This document shows, piece after piece, positions 48,817 to 59,196 of a DNA stretch of 64,000 nucleotides; positions within the stretch are counted from its first letter, which is position 1; each line of letters opens with the position of its first letter. The notes beneath the pieces were generated by a model. The model ran no database searches. It was not told the origin of the DNA and saw only the letters and a program-made list of their open reading frames with translations. Origin of the DNA: Desulfobacterales bacterium (GTDB lineage Bacteria; Desulfobacterota; Desulfobacteria; Desulfobacterales; UBA5616); the NCBI GenBank assembly GCA_046483495.1, contig JAWODC010000015.1:15962-79961 (forward strand), written 5' to 3'. The position numbers were made by a program, and so were the translations under genes.

Positions 48817-49329
48817 ATGAACAGATTACAAAAGCAGTTGACATCGATGCTGGGATCCCTGTCGAAGTCTTTGGTTAGTCTATCCCAGCAAGTAGAAAAG
48901 ATTTCTGCTAAAGTCGAGCAGCTCGAAGAGGAATCCGCCAAAAAAGCACCCGCAAAAAAGGCCCCGGCCAAAAAAGCACCCGCAAAAAAGGCCCCGGCGA
49001 AAAAAACGGCCGCCAAGAAAGCCCCTGCTAAAAAAGCCGCGCCGGCCAAGAAAGCGCCTGTCAAGAAAGCGGCGGCCAAGAAAAAAGCACCGGCCAAGAA
49101 AGCCGCAAAGCCGGCGGCCAAAAAAGGTGCGCCTAAAGCCGCTGCAAAAGGCTCTACCGTCATCGATTCCGTTTACGAGGCCATAAAAAACAGCAAAGGC
49201 GGCATTTCAATCAGCGAGGTTAAAGAAAAAACAAACATCGGCGGCAGACAATTGAGCAATGCGCTCTACAAGCTCACCAAAAGAGGATTGATCAAGTCGC
49301 AATCCAGAGGCGTATATGTTTCCGTTTAG
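48817..49329 (+). CDS. Histone H1/AlgP-like Lys-Ala-Pro repeat DNA-binding protein with C-terminal winged HTH
   Basis: N-terminal coiled coil, many KKAPA repeats, then V.EAIK....GIS..EVKEKT.....[31 protein letters not shown]. Confidence 0.82.
   Translation: MNRLQKQLTSMLGSLSKSLVSLSQQVEKISAKVEQLEEESAKKAPAKKAPAKKAPAKKAPAKKTAAKKAPAKKAAPAKKAPVKKAAAKKKAPAKKAAKPAAKKGAPKAAAKGSTVIDSVYEAIKNSKGGISISEVKEKTNIGGRQLSNALYKLTKRGLIKSQSRGVYVSV
48937..48996 (+). repeat. Exact 30-bp tandem duplication inside the KKAPA region
   Basis: GCCAAAAAAGCACCCGCAAAAAAGGCCCCG x2. Confidence 0.9.
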
Positions 49330-49620
49330 GTTTCCGTTCTGATTCATCTTTCGCCGATTACCGCTATTATGCCTTACAAATAGCCCCCTGGCCGTTCTTT
49401 TCGCCGAAAAGCACCGGGGGCTATTTGTGTTTTTTGGGATTCCCCTGTTGACCTGCTTGCCTCTATTATATTAAAGAAAAAATCTCCAGCGCTTTTATCA
49501 TCGGACGTCATACAAGAAGAGCGCCGGTAACCGACGCCTGTTTTTAACCGGTGCAAAGCACCGGTTTGTGTACTGCCGGCAGTTTCGCCGATCGGCAATT
49601 GCCACAAAGAGGAAGGATTC

Positions 49621-52551
49621 ATGTCGATAAACGATTTTTTTTTCAGACATCGATTAACATTCGGTCTGATCATTTTTTATTTTATACCGGTCCTGCTGCT
49701 CCAGGCGGGTTTATTCGACCGGAGATTACATCAACCCATGGCCCTGGCCTTGGAGAACCGCGGCGGTGCCGAGGCCATCTGGCCTCACCAATCAAGCGAC
49801 CTGCAGCCGGATTCGGATTTGCGCTTCGGTTCGCTCGAAAATGGATTCAGGTATGTGTTGCGATACAATAGCAAACCCAAAGACAGGGTAAGCATTCATT
49901 TGAATGTCCAGGCCGGATCTTTAAATGAAAAAGAAAACGAGCAGGGAACGGCTCACTTCCTGGAGCATATGATGTTTTGCGGCACGACACATTTCGAGCC
50001 CGGGGAATTGGTGGAGTATTTTCAAAGCATCGGAATGAAATTCGGTCCGGATGCCAATGCACGAACCGGATTTGACCAAACCACCTACGACATATTGTTG
50101 CCCGCAGGAGACCGCCATCACATCGAAAAGGCCCTTCAGGTCATGAAGGATTTCGCTCAGGGTGCTTTGCTGTTGCCGGAAGAAATCGATCAAGAGAGAA
50201 ACGTAATACTTGCGGAGAAGCGAACCCGTGATTCCGCTTCGTATCGGACATTCGAGTCCAAACTGATATTTGAGTTTCCGGAATCGAAAATTTCCCGGCG
50301 ACTGCCCATCGGAAAGGAAAATGTGATCCGCACGATGGATCGAGACACCCTGAAGCTGTTTTACGAGGCGTGGTACAAACCGGAGCGTATGATACTTGTC
50401 ATGGCGGGGGATTTTGATGTGCACACAACCGAAACGCTCATTCGTGATGCATTTTCTTCCCTGGTAGACAGGAGCTCCGCCAAAAACGACAGCGATCTCG
50501 GCAATATCGCCCACACGGGTTTGAAACCCTTTTATCATTATGAAAATGAGGTCGGCAGCACTACCGTAAACATTGAAGTCATTCGAAAAAGAAAAGACCG
50601 TCCGGATACCTTCGAGCACAAAAAAGATCGCCTGATTCAACAGCTGGCCGATCGCATCATGCAGCACCGGTTAAATGCATTGCTGAAGAAACCGGATACA
50701 CCCTTCACTTCCGCCGGCATTCACACCGGCACTTTTTTAAAGCAGGTCGAATATGCGGAAATATCCACACAGTGCAGTCCTGATAACTGGGAGAAGGCGC
50801 TTTCTTCACTGGAGCAGGCCCTTCGTCGGGCGCTGGTTTACGGCTTCACCCGGGCTGAATGTGAACGGGCGAAAAAAGAAATGCTGGCCGATCTGGAACA
50901 AAACGTCAAGACAGCGGATACCCGTGACAGCAGAAACCTGGCAAGGCAAATCCTATCCTCCATAAACCAAAACAGGGTAATGATGTCTCCCCTTCAGATG
51001 AAGCAACGGTTCGCTTCCGTAATCGCGAGCATATCCCGGGAGGATCTGAAAGAATCGTTTTGCAAAACCTGGCAAGATGACCACCGGCTTATTCTCGTTA
51101 CCGGCAATGCCGAAGTCGCCGCTTCATCCACGTCTCCTGAAGATCGCATTCTCGAGATTTACAAAAGGAGCCTGTCAATGTCGGTTTCTCCCCCTACGGA
51201 AAAGAAGGCCGTTTCTTTTCCTTACCTCGAACTACCTGAAAAGCGGGGAAAAATTGCAAGACGATCGACGGTGACCGATTTGGACATTGTCCAAATCGAT
51301 TATGAAAACGGTGTTCGGCTGAACCTGAAGAAAACGGATTTCAAAGCCGGTGAGGTCGAAATCGCCATGTCTTTCGGCAGGGGCGCATGCTCTCAGCCCT
51401 TGGACAAATCCGGGCTTTACCAACTGGCAAGAGATGTTGTAAATGAAAGCGGACTGGGTTCTTTGACACGTGACGATCTCAATCGAGCGCTGGCCGGGAA
51501 AAAAACGTTCGCCTATTTTGAAATACAGGAAGACCGGTTCAGGTTTCGGGCAAAAACAATTCCCGAAGAAATCGATCTCGCATGTCAGCTGCTTTACACG
51601 CACCTCGTCGACCCGGGTTTTAGAAAAGAAGCGTTTTCTTTGGTCGGCAAGCGGTTCGATCAAACCTATCAGTCCCTCAACCATTCTATCGAGGGGGCAA
51701 TGAAGCTTCACGGAAAACGGTTCTTCGCCGGCGGTGACACACGGTTCGGCCTGCCGACCCGGGACCGGTTTAACCGGCTGAGCCTCGAGGATGTCATCTC
51801 ATGGCTGTCACCATCGTTTATATCATCTCCTGTTGAAATCTCGGTCGTCGGTGATTTTGATACGGCTGATGTCGTCAACAGCGTTTCTAAATCGTTAGGC
51901 GCCCTGGACAATCGAAGTGCTGCAAAAGCCGATGACCGGATGTCATCGCCCGTTTTCCCGGAGGGAAACGAACTGAAACTGCGAATCGAGAGCAAGGTTC
52001 CCAAGGGATTGGTCGTAGTGGCATACGCCACGGATGATATCTGGGACATTCATCTGACCCGCCGGTTATCCGTTCTCTCGCAGGTATTATCCGAACGATT
52101 GAGAAAGCAGATCCGGGAAAAAATCGGAGCGAGCTATTCACCTTATGCCTATCATCATCCCAGCCGGGCATATCAGGATTATGGTGCTTTGTATGCCCAT
52201 ATCGAAACAGACCCTTCCCTAACCCGCAAAGTGGTGTTGGAAGTCAAGGAGTTATCGGGCCGACTTGCCGCTTCGGGCATCGGCAAAGAAGAGTTGCGAC
52301 TATCGCTGGACCCGATTTTAACCGGCATCAAAGACTCGAGAACCAAGAACGACTACTGGTTGAACACCGTCCTGGACGGTTCAAGAAATCACCCCCGGCA
52401 GTTGGACTGGGCCGGATCGATCGTCCATGATTATGCATCCATTACCCATGAAGAAATATCCCGATTGGCGGCCGATTACCTGGCGCCCGAAAAAGCGGCT
52501 GCACTGATCATTTCTTCGGAAAACAGCGGACATCCAGAGGAAAGCCCGTAA
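49621..52551 (+). CDS. M16-family zinc protease (PqqL-like), exported
   Basis: LENGFRY, AGSL.E, AHFLEHMMF (HxxEH), NA.T..D.T.Y, RLPIG, NGVR, LR..IRE..GASY. Confidence 0.92.
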   Translation: MSINDFFFRHRLTFGLIIFYFIPVLLLQAGLFDRRLHQPMALALENRGGAEAIWPHQSSDLQPDSDLRFGSLENGFRYVLRYNSKPKDRVSIHLNVQAGSLNEKENEQGTAHFLEHMMFCGTTHFEPGELVEYFQSIGMKFGPDANARTGFDQTTYDILLPAGDRHHIEKALQVMKDFAQGALLLPEEIDQERNVILAEKRTRDSASYRTFESKLIFEFPESKISRRLPIGKENVIRTMDRDTLKLFYEAWYKPERMILVMAGDFDVHTTETLIRDAFSSLVDRSSAKNDSDLGNIAHTGLKPFYHYENEVGSTTVNIEVIRKRKDRPDTFEHKKDRLIQQLADRIMQHRLNALLKKPDTPFTSAGIHTGTFLKQVEYAEISTQCSPDNWEKALSSLEQALRRALVYGFTRAECERAKKEMLADLEQNVKTADTRDSRNLARQILSSINQNRVMMSPLQMKQRFASVIASISREDLKESFCKTWQDDHRLILVTGNAEVAASSTSPEDRILEIYKRSLSMSVSPPTEKKAVSFPYLELPEKRGKIARRSTVTDLDIVQIDYENGVRLNLKKTDFKAGEVEIAMSFGRGACSQPLDKSGLYQLARDVVNESGLGSLTRDDLNRALAGKKTFAYFEIQEDRFRFRAKTIPEEIDLACQLLYTHLVDPGFRKEAFSLVGKRFDQTYQSLNHSIEGAMKLHGKRFFAGGDTRFGLPTRDRFNRLSLEDVISWLSPSFISSPVEISVVGDFDTADVVNSVSKSLGALDNRSAAKADDRMSSPVFPEGNELKLRIESKVPKGLVVVAYATDDIWDIHLTRRLSVLSQVLSERLRKQIREKIGASYSPYAYHHPSRAYQDYGALYAHIETDPSLTRKVVLEVKELSGRLAASGIGKEELRLSLDPILTGIKDSRTKNDYWLNTVLDGSRNHPRQLDWAGSIVHDYASITHEEISRLAADYLAPEKAAALIISSENSGHPEESP

Positions 52552-52570
52552 CACAATCTCGTCACCGGAG

Positions 52571-52601
52571 CATCGGGCGGATTCTCATAATCCGCCCGAT
52601 G
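52571..52601. terminator. Hairpin between convergent genes
   Basis: CATCGGGCGGATT...AATCCGCCCGATG. Confidence 0.65.
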
Positions 52602-52617
52602 CGACAGGGCACGCGAT

Positions 52618-53676
52618 TTATTTGCCGTTTGACACACCTTCTTTTTGAATCAGCTCTTGGGCATCCGGTATGAACCGCTTGAATTTCCACTCGGGAATCC
52701 GGTACACCCATTTGTTCAGAATCTGCGTGATCGAGAAGGGGAAATCCCCTTTAACGGCATCGGGGATGTGGTGGTCGGCAATCTTGATGAAAAAGGTTTG
52801 CTTCTCCCCCTTGCCGCCGCTTCCCGGAACGAACCGAAAACGCCTGCCGTCGAAGAGTTGATATTCGAATGCAAACGCATAGGCAATATCCGCTGCCTGA
52901 GGATCTTCGTCATATCCGGCCACATCTTCGATGGTCAGTGGTGAAAGGGCCGTAAACACATCATCAATTTTTGATGGGTTAAGCATGGATGACGGGGAAT
53001 CCGTCAATTGCGGCGGCATTCCCTTTTCCGGGCGGCGCAGCGTGTAGACGCTTACTTTTTCATCGATCGGAAAGCACGTGATCGATTGAATCGATTCAGC
53101 TTTTACATCCAGAATATCTTTTTCAATCCAATCCGTGGGGGTCTTTCCGACATCGTCAAACTTGGAATCGACCAAATACACCATACCTTCCGGCATGGCC
53201 AGAATGTAGTGGCCGCCGGCGCCGAAGGTCATTTCCCGGGTTTTACCAAAAACGACATCCAGAAGAGCGTCGCCTTTTTTATTTTTGATTACGACCTGCA
53301 CCCCCTCATTTTCAGAGTCGCCGCTCGTATTCGGAGGATGTAAAGCAAGACGGGTCATTGCATCTTCAGAGGCTTCGAAGCTTCTGCCGATTTTCATCGT
53401 CTTCAAGCCGGAAACCATTTCCATGATTTGAGAGAAATCCGCCGGGAAATTAAATTTTTCTTCTACCACCCAAAGCGAATCCTTTTTGATCAAATGCGTA
53501 ACGGCCTCGCTGCTGTTGATCGCTATCGTTTCGATGTCTTTAACCGGGAGGGATGCATACGGCGCCTCACCCACGATGCCCCGCCCGTTTTCGCTTCTAT
53601 CTGACAGGCTGAAATACGCTGCGGCGGCAAGCAGACACAACACGACCAAGAGAATAATGAACGTTTTGGCTCTCAT
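52618..53676 (-). CDS. DUF4340 domain protein
   Basis: N-terminal TM, W.V...NFPAD motif; last gene of the Gld-like ABC operon. Confidence 0.78.
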   Translation of the reverse strand: MRAKTFIILLVVLCLLAAAAYFSLSDRSENGRGIVGEAPYASLPVKDIETIAINSSEAVTHLIKKDSLWVVEEKFNFPADFSQIMEMVSGLKTMKIGRSFEASEDAMTRLALHPPNTSGDSENEGVQVVIKNKKGDALLDVVFGKTREMTFGAGGHYILAMPEGMVYLVDSKFDDVGKTPTDWIEKDILDVKAESIQSITCFPIDEKVSVYTLRRPEKGMPPQLTDSPSSMLNPSKIDDVFTALSPLTIEDVAGYDEDPQAADIAYAFAFEYQLFDGRRFRFVPGSGGKGEKQTFFIKIADHHIPDAVKGDFPFSITQILNKWVYRIPEWKFKRFIPDAQELIQKEGVSNGK

Positions 53677-53689
53677 TGAACGCTTCCTC

Positions 53690-55597
53690 TTATTTCCTTT
53701 TTCGTTTTCTCGTCTTTACGGCTTTGTTCCGTCTGATGACGGCGTAGGCAATTCCCACCATACCCACTAACAGCGGCATGAGAAAGATGTTCACAAATTT
53801 GACCTTATAACCGAGGCGCTCGATATCGGATCGCAGGTTGCGCCGGACCTCCTTGAGCCGTTTATTGATCCGCCGTTTTTCCTCTCTGAATTTTTGGATT
53901 TCCTCTTCCTGTTCAGGACTGAAAACGAACTGTTGTGATGCATCCTTCCGGCTTTCGAGTTCCTTCAGCTTTTCGTTGGTTTCTTCAAATCGCTTCATCA
54001 GTTCCTGCTCTTGAAGGCGCCAACGTTCCTGCGCCTCCTTTTCCAATTCCAGAACGCGCGTAAACGGTCTTTCAAATTTTCCACGAGCCCGAATATTGAT
54101 CAATTCCTCATTTCCCGTCATCAACTCGCATGCATTGAGGAGAAAGTTCAGGTTGTCATTATAGATCTGAAATACATCCTGTCCCATAAAATTCTGATAG
54201 TCCAGATAATTGCTGTCATGCAGCATATCCACATCCGCCACCACGATAACGCTGCCCGGTTTTGAACTGCGAGTCAATCGATCTGTTTCAGCCGGCTTTT
54301 CGGCACCCGTTTCATCCTCCGCCAAAGACTGCTCCGGAGGCTCGTCCGGGAATGCCGTATCGAAAAGGCCGGTCAATGAAACCGCGATGTCGTGCCGAAC
54401 ATTCGAGGACTCGAAATCCTGCCGGATCTTTTCGATTTTTTTCGTCCGTATCGTAAATCGGTTGATCAGCTGCGATTCGGGACTCGACTGTATCAATGGC
54501 GCGTATTCAATATCACTGTTTTCGTTATCACGTTCGATAACCCCGGTGAGGGCAAACAGCATGGTTTCGAGTTGGCCGGTCGTCGGATTGTCGCCATTGA
54601 ATCCATTCCCCTCAATGGTAAGCCATACCGGGTTTTCCACTATCTGGTTGTTTCGATCCATGAATTGGGTGGCATAACCGAAATCCACCAGCACTTTTTG
54701 ATCGTTCATGCGGATGCCCCACTTTTCGAACAGCACGTCTATGGATGCCCGTTTTTCGAAATCCGGGCCGGACGCAGTCATGGCGAAGGGATCGACAAAA
54801 ATGATCAGCCTGCCGCCGTTCAGCACATATTGATCTACGGCATACAAAAGGGAATCGCTCAGGTTCTTTGGGTAGATCAGGATCAGCATATCCAAGTCGG
54901 GTTCGAGGGTCTTGTCCGCCATACGAAGCTCGACCAGGTCATATGTTTTTCTCAGTTCGGTCACAAAATGCCACGGTGGCCTTTCCGGCTCGTCGCCCGG
55001 CATCGGAAACGGCGACGGCGGGTTCCCGAATACCGGAATTCCGCTCATAAGACCGACCTTGGGCCTGACCGGCACTTGAACCTTTGAGATGGCATGGGTA
55101 ATATCATACTCCAGTTGTTTTTCCCGGCCCGGATCCATAAATTCGATCGTTTCTTCCTGATCTGCTGCTATGACCACCACACCGAAATATACCGTATCGC
55201 CTGTCGGCAGGTCGATTCCCCGTATGCCGTACTGCTGCGCCCATTCCTCCTCTTCGGAATCCATTTCAGGATTGATCACCTCTACGGAAACCTTTCCGTT
55301 CGAGAATTGTTCGTATTCTCTGAGAAAATCGATCATCCGAGGCGCGTAATTCTTTATCGCCAAGGGCAGATTTTCCACCTTTTTGCTGTAAAACACCTTG
55401 ATGTTCACATCTTCTTCCAAATTGGAGATGATCTTTTTCGATGCATCGGAAAGTGAAAACAGCTTCTCAGCGGTAGCGTCCCAACGGACATTGAATTGAC
55501 TGAAAATCACGTTTACAAGGACAATGATCAGAAACACCAAAAACAGACCACCGACTGAAAATAGTGTTTTGCTGATGTCTTTTTTCTTATCTGACAT
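53690..55597 (-). CDS. GldG-family ABC transporter auxiliary/substrate-binding component
   Basis: RWD.T.EKLFSLS, YFG, LEYDI, DQYVL.GG.L..FVDP, VVAD.D, N..F.LN, IR.RG, C-terminal coiled coil plus TM. Confidence 0.88.
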   Translation of the reverse strand: MSDKKKDISKTLFSVGGLFLVFLIIVLVNVIFSQFNVRWDATAEKLFSLSDASKKIISNLEEDVNIKVFYSKKVENLPLAIKNYAPRMIDFLREYEQFSNGKVSVEVINPEMDSEEEEWAQQYGIRGIDLPTGDTVYFGVVVIAADQEETIEFMDPGREKQLEYDITHAISKVQVPVRPKVGLMSGIPVFGNPPSPFPMPGDEPERPPWHFVTELRKTYDLVELRMADKTLEPDLDMLILIYPKNLSDSLLYAVDQYVLNGGRLIIFVDPFAMTASGPDFEKRASIDVLFEKWGIRMNDQKVLVDFGYATQFMDRNNQIVENPVWLTIEGNGFNGDNPTTGQLETMLFALTGVIERDNENSDIEYAPLIQSSPESQLINRFTIRTKKIEKIRQDFESSNVRHDIAVSLTGLFDTAFPDEPPEQSLAEDETGAEKPAETDRLTRSSKPGSVIVVADVDMLHDSNYLDYQNFMGQDVFQIYNDNLNFLLNACELMTGNEELINIRARGKFERPFTRVLELEKEAQERWRLQEQELMKRFEETNEKLKELESRKDASQQFVFSPEQEEEIQKFREEKRRINKRLKEVRRNLRSDIERLGYKVKFVNIFLMPLLVGMVGIAYAVIRRNKAVKTRKRKRK

Positions 55598-55641
55598 ATG
55601 TTATCTTCTCCATATGATTTTTTTTCGATGGATGTTGTCGG

Positions 55642-56394
55642 CTAAGAGGTTCGCCTGTTCTGAATAATGACGCCCGTCATAAACAGAAAGAAAATAATCA
55701 CCGACATATAATAAAGGATATCCCGCAGATCCAGAACGCCCCTCTGGATCGATTGATAGTGCTTTAGAAAACTGAGTTCTGAAACGAGGTTTACCAGCCA
55801 CACCGGCGACCAGCCGTACAACACATCCAGCACCGGAGGGTACCCGGCAAGAATCAAAAAAAGACAGATGACCACGGATACGATAAAACTGATTACCTGA
55901 CTTCGGGTTGCTGAGGAGGTCATGATGCCGACGCTCAGGAAAGCTCCGGCCAACAGAAGGCTTCCGACGTACGCCGTAAAAGCCACGCCCAGGTCGGGAT
56001 CACCAAGGTACATCACCGTCAGCACCATGGGGAATGTCAGCAGAAGACAAATGGCAATGAAACACCAGGCTGCCAAAAACTTCCCCAACACCGCCTCCAT
56101 TACCGTAACCGGCAGAGTCAGAACCAATTCGATGGTGCCCAAGCGCCGGTCCTCGGCCCAGAGGCGCATGGCAACGGCGGGAATCAAAAACAGGTAAACC
56201 CAGGGATGCCAATCGAAAAAACCCCGGAGATCGGCCTGATTCGTTTCAAAAAACATCCCGATATTAAAAGTAAAAAACCCAATCAACAGCAAAAAGATGA
56301 TTATAAAGACATATGCAACCGGTGATCCGAAATAACCGGCGAGCTCTCGTTTAAATATAGCCTTTACATTTCTGACCGACTCTTTTATTCGCAT
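55642..56394 (-). CDS. ABC-2 permease (GldF-like)
   Basis: IFKREL.GYF.SPVAY, IPAVAMRLWAED...GT.E.V.T.P, GKFLA, RGV.DLRD. Confidence 0.9.
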   Translation of the reverse strand: MRIKESVRNVKAIFKRELAGYFGSPVAYVFIIIFLLLIGFFTFNIGMFFETNQADLRGFFDWHPWVYLFLIPAVAMRLWAEDRRLGTIELVLTLPVTVMEAVLGKFLAAWCFIAICLLLTFPMVLTVMYLGDPDLGVAFTAYVGSLLLAGAFLSVGIMTSSATRSQVISFIVSVVICLFLILAGYPPVLDVLYGWSPVWLVNLVSELSFLKHYQSIQRGVLDLRDILYYMSVIIFFLFMTGVIIQNRRTS

Positions 56395-56412
56395 AATTCA
56401 CCTTAGGCAATT

Positions 56413-57345
56413 TTAGGTGGTGATGTTTCGGAACACTTCATCAAGCCGCCCCTGCTCTACGAAAAGTCCGGTGATAGAATACTTTTTTTCCCGACAAGCT
56501 GCGATAATCTTGTCTGCTATCGGCGTCCGTCCATCCACCGGATAGGCCCTCAAATTGAGAACGTCATTCTGCATTTCAAGTATCTCGACGCCCTTTACAT
56601 CTTCGATCCCCTCGAGCAAGGCTTTTACGGCCTGCTCATTCGAATCGGCCACTTTTAATGTAACGGCACCGTGAAGCGAGGATCGGGTCTTGAGATGCTC
56701 GGGCGAATCATCGGCGACGATACATCCGTTGGCGATGATTATGATCCGCGTGCATACGGCCTCCACTTCATCCAAAATGTGAGTGGACAGCAGAATCGCT
56801 TTTTGCTCACTCATCTCGCGCATCATCATCCGCACTTCGTGTTTCTGATTGGGGTCGAGCCCATCAGTCGGTTCGTCAAAGATTAAGTATTCCGGATCGT
56901 GAATGATGCTTTGGGCGAAGCAAACGCGCTGCCGGTAGCCCTTGGAAAGGGTTCCGATCGTTTGAAACTCGACGTTCGATAGAAAGCATCGGTCAACGGT
57001 TTCCTCTACCTTCTTTTTCCGTTCGGATCCCGAGAACCCCCGAATTTCAGCACAGAAATCCAGGTAGGCGTTCACGGTCATATCGGGATAAACCGGGGCA
57101 TTTTCGGGCAGATACCCGATTCTTTCGCGTGCGGAAATCGATTCGTCACTGATATCGTAACCGCCGATAACAGCTGTTCCACTGGTGGGCGGCAAAAATC
57201 CGGTAATCATTCGCATCGTGGTGGATTTTCCCGCCCCGTTGGGTCCAAGAAACCCAAGGATCTCCCCTTTTTCCACATTGAAGGAGACCGAATCGACAGC
57301 CCTTATTTTTCCGAAACTTTTCGTTAATTTTTTTACCTCTATCAT
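56413..57345 (-). CDS. ABC transporter ATP-binding protein (GldA-like)
   Basis: GPNGAGKST, LSKGYRQR, DEPTDGLDP, STH. Confidence 0.93.
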   Translation of the reverse strand: MIEVKKLTKSFGKIRAVDSVSFNVEKGEILGFLGPNGAGKSTTMRMITGFLPPTSGTAVIGGYDISDESISARERIGYLPENAPVYPDMTVNAYLDFCAEIRGFSGSERKKKVEETVDRCFLSNVEFQTIGTLSKGYRQRVCFAQSIIHDPEYLIFDEPTDGLDPNQKHEVRMMMREMSEQKAILLSTHILDEVEAVCTRIIIIANGCIVADDSPEHLKTRSSLHGAVTLKVADSNEQAVKALLEGIEDVKGVEILEMQNDVLNLRAYPVDGRTPIADKIIAACREKKYSITGLFVEQGRLDEVFRNITT

Positions 57346-57722
57346 GTCATCCCCAAGATAAATGGTTATTCGTATGCGACAGCCCTAAAATGTTTTGCAA
57401 GAGTGATTTTTACGGGAACAAAAAACGCAATTCCATCAGCGTCCGGCAGAAGGGGCGATTGGTGTTGTTGAAATTGACATCATCGTGCTCGGTCTTATCT
57501 TACCGCGTTAACGACCCGGCCATGCCATCCCCCGGGATGGCGCGAAAGAATATGGCAGGTGTTCTTATCTTTTCCTCGTTAATGGTCCCTCTTATATAAC
57601 AGGCCCTTAATCTAATGAGGAAGAGAGGTCTTGTCAAGTAGAGCTTTTTACTTTTAACAGTTTGCTTTTTATATATCTTTTGATAAAAGAGGTTTTTTAT
57701 TCACATCTGGAAAGGAAATGCA

Positions 57723-59171
57723 ATGAAAAAAACCTCGGCCAAGGCCGGTATGATGCCGTTTCATAAATTATGGCATTTTTTTATCTCGGTAAAATTAACG
57801 GTGGTTGTGCTGCTATGTCTTGCCGCCACATCCATTATCGGAACGCTGATTCCGCAGAATCAAAGTCCGGTGGTCTACTTTAACGAATACGGCCCCACCT
57901 GGTATCGTGTTTTTTCCATGCTCGATCTCTTCGACATGTATCATTCCTGGTGGTTTATTTTCCTCCTCCTCTTGCTGTTTCTTAACATTTCAGCGTGTTC
58001 GTTAAATCGGTTGTCGGTTACCTGGAAGCGGATTTTCAAAACGCCCATGTCAACGAATCCGGCCGTTTTCAAGAAATACAAGAACCGCATTGAATTCACG
58101 GACGAACGTCCCGTAGGGGCCTTGTCCGAACGCTATCGATCCGTAATCGCCGGCCGGTTCGGCAAATACGCTTTTGAAGAGAATTCAGAGGGTTTTTCGC
58201 TTTTTGCCGAAAAGAACCGCTGGACACGGCTCGGCGTATATATCGTTCATGCCGGTGTCATTCTCCTGTTGATCGGCGGCATGATCGGAGCGAAGTTCGG
58301 GTTTGACGGGTTTGTCACCCTGCCGGAAGGCGAATCCATCAACCATGTCCGGTTAAAGGACGGGTCCGGAATTTTGCCGCTGGGATTCGAGATCCGATTA
58401 GACGATTTTCGCGTCAGTTTTTACGATTCCGGCGCCCCCAAGGAATACCTCAGCGCATTGACAATAATTGAAAACGGCACACCGCTGTTTACCCGAAATG
58501 TGATTGTAAACGATCCTCTGCGGTTCAGGGGCATTAATATCTACCAGTCAAGCTATGGAAGGATGCAGCCGGAGTTTACGCCTGTTGCGGATATCGAATC
58601 CAAGAAACTCGTTATCAACATAACCAACACCGCCAATTCAATGACGTCTACAAAAGAACTGTCCATCGGTGAAACGATCGATCTCCCGGAAGGCCGGGGG
58701 ACATTCACCCTTCGGGAATACCTGTCCGGAGCCCGATTTCGTGGTCGGCACGTACATGAAGCCTTCGTGGGGGTTGTTGCCGGTGACGACGGATCGAAAG
58801 AGGAGATTTTGCTGCCGTTGAGATTTCCGAATTTCGATAAGATGCGAAACGGTTATTTTTATTTTTCCCTGGAAAATATCGCCGACCTTTTACAGGCGCA
58901 AGAAACGAAGCCCCGTTTTTATTCGGGCCTTCAGATTACATATGACCCAGGGGTTCCGGTTGTATATGCCGGTTTCGTTCTGATTTTAATCGGTTGCTAT
59001 ATCTCGTTTTTCATGTCCCATAGACAGATCGCCGTTCAGGTGCGCCCAAAAGACGGCGTAAGCCATGTCATCGTCACAGGAACGGCCGACAAAAACAAAC
59101 TGGACATAAAAAAGCACCTGGAGAAAGTATCGACGGCACTGTCGGCCCGGCCGACATCGTCCTACAAATAA
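57723..59171 (+). CDS. resB: Cytochrome c biogenesis protein ResB/Ccs1 (System II)
   Basis: S.KL, IGTLIPQ, YHSWWF, N..ACS, VH.G..L...G, VNDPL...G..IYQSSYG, GLQ..YDPG...VY.G. Confidence 0.92.
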   Translation: MKKTSAKAGMMPFHKLWHFFISVKLTVVVLLCLAATSIIGTLIPQNQSPVVYFNEYGPTWYRVFSMLDLFDMYHSWWFIFLLLLLFLNISACSLNRLSVTWKRIFKTPMSTNPAVFKKYKNRIEFTDERPVGALSERYRSVIAGRFGKYAFEENSEGFSLFAEKNRWTRLGVYIVHAGVILLLIGGMIGAKFGFDGFVTLPEGESINHVRLKDGSGILPLGFEIRLDDFRVSFYDSGAPKEYLSALTIIENGTPLFTRNVIVNDPLRFRGINIYQSSYGRMQPEFTPVADIESKKLVINITNTANSMTSTKELSIGETIDLPEGRGTFTLREYLSGARFRGRHVHEAFVGVVAGDDGSKEEILLPLRFPNFDKMRNGYFYFSLENIADLLQAQETKPRFYSGLQITYDPGVPVVYAGFVLILIGCYISFFMSHRQIAVQVRPKDGVSHVIVTGTADKNKLDIKKHLEKVSTALSARPTSSYK

Positions 59172-59196
59172 AAATTTTAACGCATATGAGGACCTT

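Noticed and set aside
48813..49163. Hydrophobic AGAFF-repeat ORF on the minus strand
   Set aside because: It is the reverse-complement reading of the KKAPA repeats.
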